Source: Candidatus Obscuribacteraceae bacterium (lineage in GTDB: Bacteria > Cyanobacteriota > Vampirovibrionia > Obscuribacterales > Obscuribacteraceae). From it: a stretch of 64,000 nucleotides of DNA. This document shows, one piece after another, positions 62,403-64,000 of this stretch (positions are counted from its first letter, which is position 1; each line of letters opens with the position of its first letter). A model generated the notes under the pieces. The model was not told the origin of the DNA. It saw only the letters and a program-made list of their open reading frames with translations, and made no database searches. The stretch is from NCBI GenBank assembly GCA_044226015.1, contig JBGAHS010000002.1:192001-256000 (forward strand), read 5' to 3'. A program made the position numbers and the translations under genes.

Positions 62403-62544
62403 CTCAAATCAACAAGCCAATTTGCTGTCATTCAATTGCTCGAAGAGCACATTCAGCATCAAACAGTAAGTCTCTGGGCAAACAGCACGAGGCACAAGCA
62501 AACAGCTCGAGGCACAAGCAAACTGCGCCAAGCATAAGACCCGA

Positions 62545-63651
62545 CTAGTTGAGCCCGCTGCCATCATCATTGATGTTTGTCTCTTCTTCGAGAAGACGCT
62601 TCTGCTCATCATGTATGCAGGCTTCGATTACTTTATCGAGGTCGCCTTCAAGAACAGACTGCAAGCCAAAGTTCATGTTCAAACGGTGGTCAGTTACGCG
62701 ATTGTCTTTGAAGTTATAAGTGCGAATTTTTTCGGATCTATCTCCGGTTCCAACCTGCGATCTCTTCGCATCAGCAAGGGCTTTCTGCCTGTTTTCCAAT
62801 TCTATTTTGAAGAGCTTTGCGCGCAAAATTTGCTTTGCACGCTCTTTATTCTGCAACTGACTTCGCTCTTCAGAACAAGCAATCATGATGCCAGAAGGCT
62901 TGTGGAAAATTCTGACGGCAGTTTCAACTTTGTTGACGTTCTGACCACCAGCACCACCTGAACGCATGGTGCTAATTTCCATATCTTTCTCATCGAGAAC
63001 AACATCAACTTCGTCTGCCTCAGGCATAACCGCTACAGTAGCGGTAGACGTATGCACGCGCCCCTGCGCTTCAGTCGCTGGAACTCGCTGCACTCGATGC
63101 ACGCCCGACTCGAATTTCAACTTCGAATAAACACTCTCGCCTCTGATGTTGACGATAATTTCTTTGTATCCGCCGACTTCTCCCGCATTGAAGTTTGCAA
63201 CCTCTGTTGTCCAGCCCATGCGGTCTGCATACTTGGAATACATGCGGTACAGGTCACCAGCAAAAATTGAGGCCTCATCACCACCTGATGCTGCGCGAAT
63301 TTCAACGATGATATCTTTTTCGTCGTTAGGGTCAGTCGGCAGAAGCAGCAGGCGGATCTGCTCAATCAGCTCTTCTTGCGCCTTTCTAGCGTCAGACAAT
63401 TCCGACTCGGCTAACTCACGCATCTCTTTGTCGGTTTCTTCGCGCAAAATTTGCTGGGCGTCGTCCACCTGTTTCTGAAGTGAGTCCCATTTGCTTTTGC
63501 TTTCGACTTTGGGAAGCAACTGCCTACGGGCTCTAGACAATCGCTTCAGGTTTTCGGGGTTGGTAACCACATCAGGGTCCGCAAGCTTGGACTCAAGATC
63601 GTTGAATGAATTGACTATGTCATCCAGTTTTCTTTTAAGTTCGAGATCCAT
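62545..63651 (-). CDS. prfA: Peptide chain release factor 1
   Basis: [24 protein letters not shown]. Confidence 0.97.
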   Translation of the reverse strand: MDLELKRKLDDIVNSFNDLESKLADPDVVTNPENLKRLSRARRQLLPKVESKSKWDSLQKQVDDAQQILREETDKEMRELAESELSDARKAQEELIEQIRLLLLPTDPNDEKDIIVEIRAASGGDEASIFAGDLYRMYSKYADRMGWTTEVANFNAGEVGGYKEIIVNIRGESVYSKLKFESGVHRVQRVPATEAQGRVHTSTATVAVMPEADEVDVVLDEKDMEISTMRSGGAGGQNVNKVETAVRIFHKPSGIMIACSEERSQLQNKERAKQILRAKLFKIELENRQKALADAKRSQVGTGDRSEKIRTYNFKDNRVTDHRLNMNFGLQSVLEGDLDKVIEACIHDEQKRLLEEETNINDDGSGLN

Positions 63652-63743
63652 ACCAAAAACCTGTAAGCGAGTTCAGCTATCTGGGCTTTGACCACTAAAG
63701 CCAAGCTTAGATTTCTGATGGCAACATAGTTGCCGGGAAGACT

Positions 63744-63828
63744 CGGAGAGGGAGGGATTCGAACCCTCGCTACGTTTCCGCAGACAGTCTTTCCAGGACT
63801 GCACGATAGACCACTCTGACACCTCTCC
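63744..63828 (-). tRNA. tRNA-Ser(GGA)
   Basis: GGAGAGG...CCTCTCCG, anticodon loop CTGGAAA, long variable arm. Confidence 0.95.
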
Positions 63829-63900
63829 ATAAGTGCCAAGGGAATGATTATATCGCCCCTGCACTCTGTCCGCTGGTCCTTTCTTATTATTATGAAGCTC

Positions 63901-64000
63901 TTAATTCATGCGAGCCGTTTCATCCTGCCAGGCCAGCTCTTTCCAGGGCTCTAGCGGGTTGCTATTAGCTTTAAGTATTTCGAGAATGATGTCAGGGTCA
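63901..64000 (-). CDS. C-terminal end of an unidentified CDS (partial)
   Basis: Open frame DPDIILEILKANSNPLEPWKELAWQDETARMN* entering from the window edge. Confidence 0.45.
   Translation of the reverse strand, partial: DPDIILEILKANSNPLEPWKELAWQDETARMN

Noticed and set aside
62479..62530. 20-bp direct repeat (AAACAGCWCGAGGCACAAGC) between prfA and prmC
   Set aside because: Only two and a half copies, with no further structure to interpret.

Overview
A chromosomal, non-mobile 64 kb bacterial segment. It probably comes from a non-photosynthetic Cyanobacteriota lineage (Melainabacteria/Obscuribacterales-like). This is an inference from the cyanobacterial-type RecG N-terminus, an NtcA-like Crp HTH and the many TPR and low-complexity secreted proteins; no database search was run. 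Recognisable housekeeping genes: ubiX, rimM, lnt, recA, a Crp/Fnr regulator, an aquaporin, hutH, sulP, a fused speD-speE, a patA-like aminotransferase, recG, mglA, rpmB, hslO, prmC and prfA, plus three tRNAs (Arg-CCG, Val-CAC, Ser-GGA). The most unusual parts are: (1) a ~16 kb envelope locus (3.0-19.4 kb) with two tandem TrbL/VirB6-like paralogues, a lipoprotein with a half-TolC-like segment, Gly-rich secreted proteins, two secreted TPR proteins and a VirB10-like protein, but no ATPase or relaxase, making it a candidate non-conjugative T4SS-like machine; (2) two related, internally homogenised, spacer-less tandem arrays (69-bp and 65-bp units) built around a CGGTACCG palindromic core; (3) a ~184-nt rod-shaped 6S-like ncRNA behind a strong promoter; (4) signal-peptide-less orphan proteins, one with a PD-(D/E)XK-like motif, and a kinase/pseudokinase tandem. 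No CRISPR array, integrase or transposase was seen.
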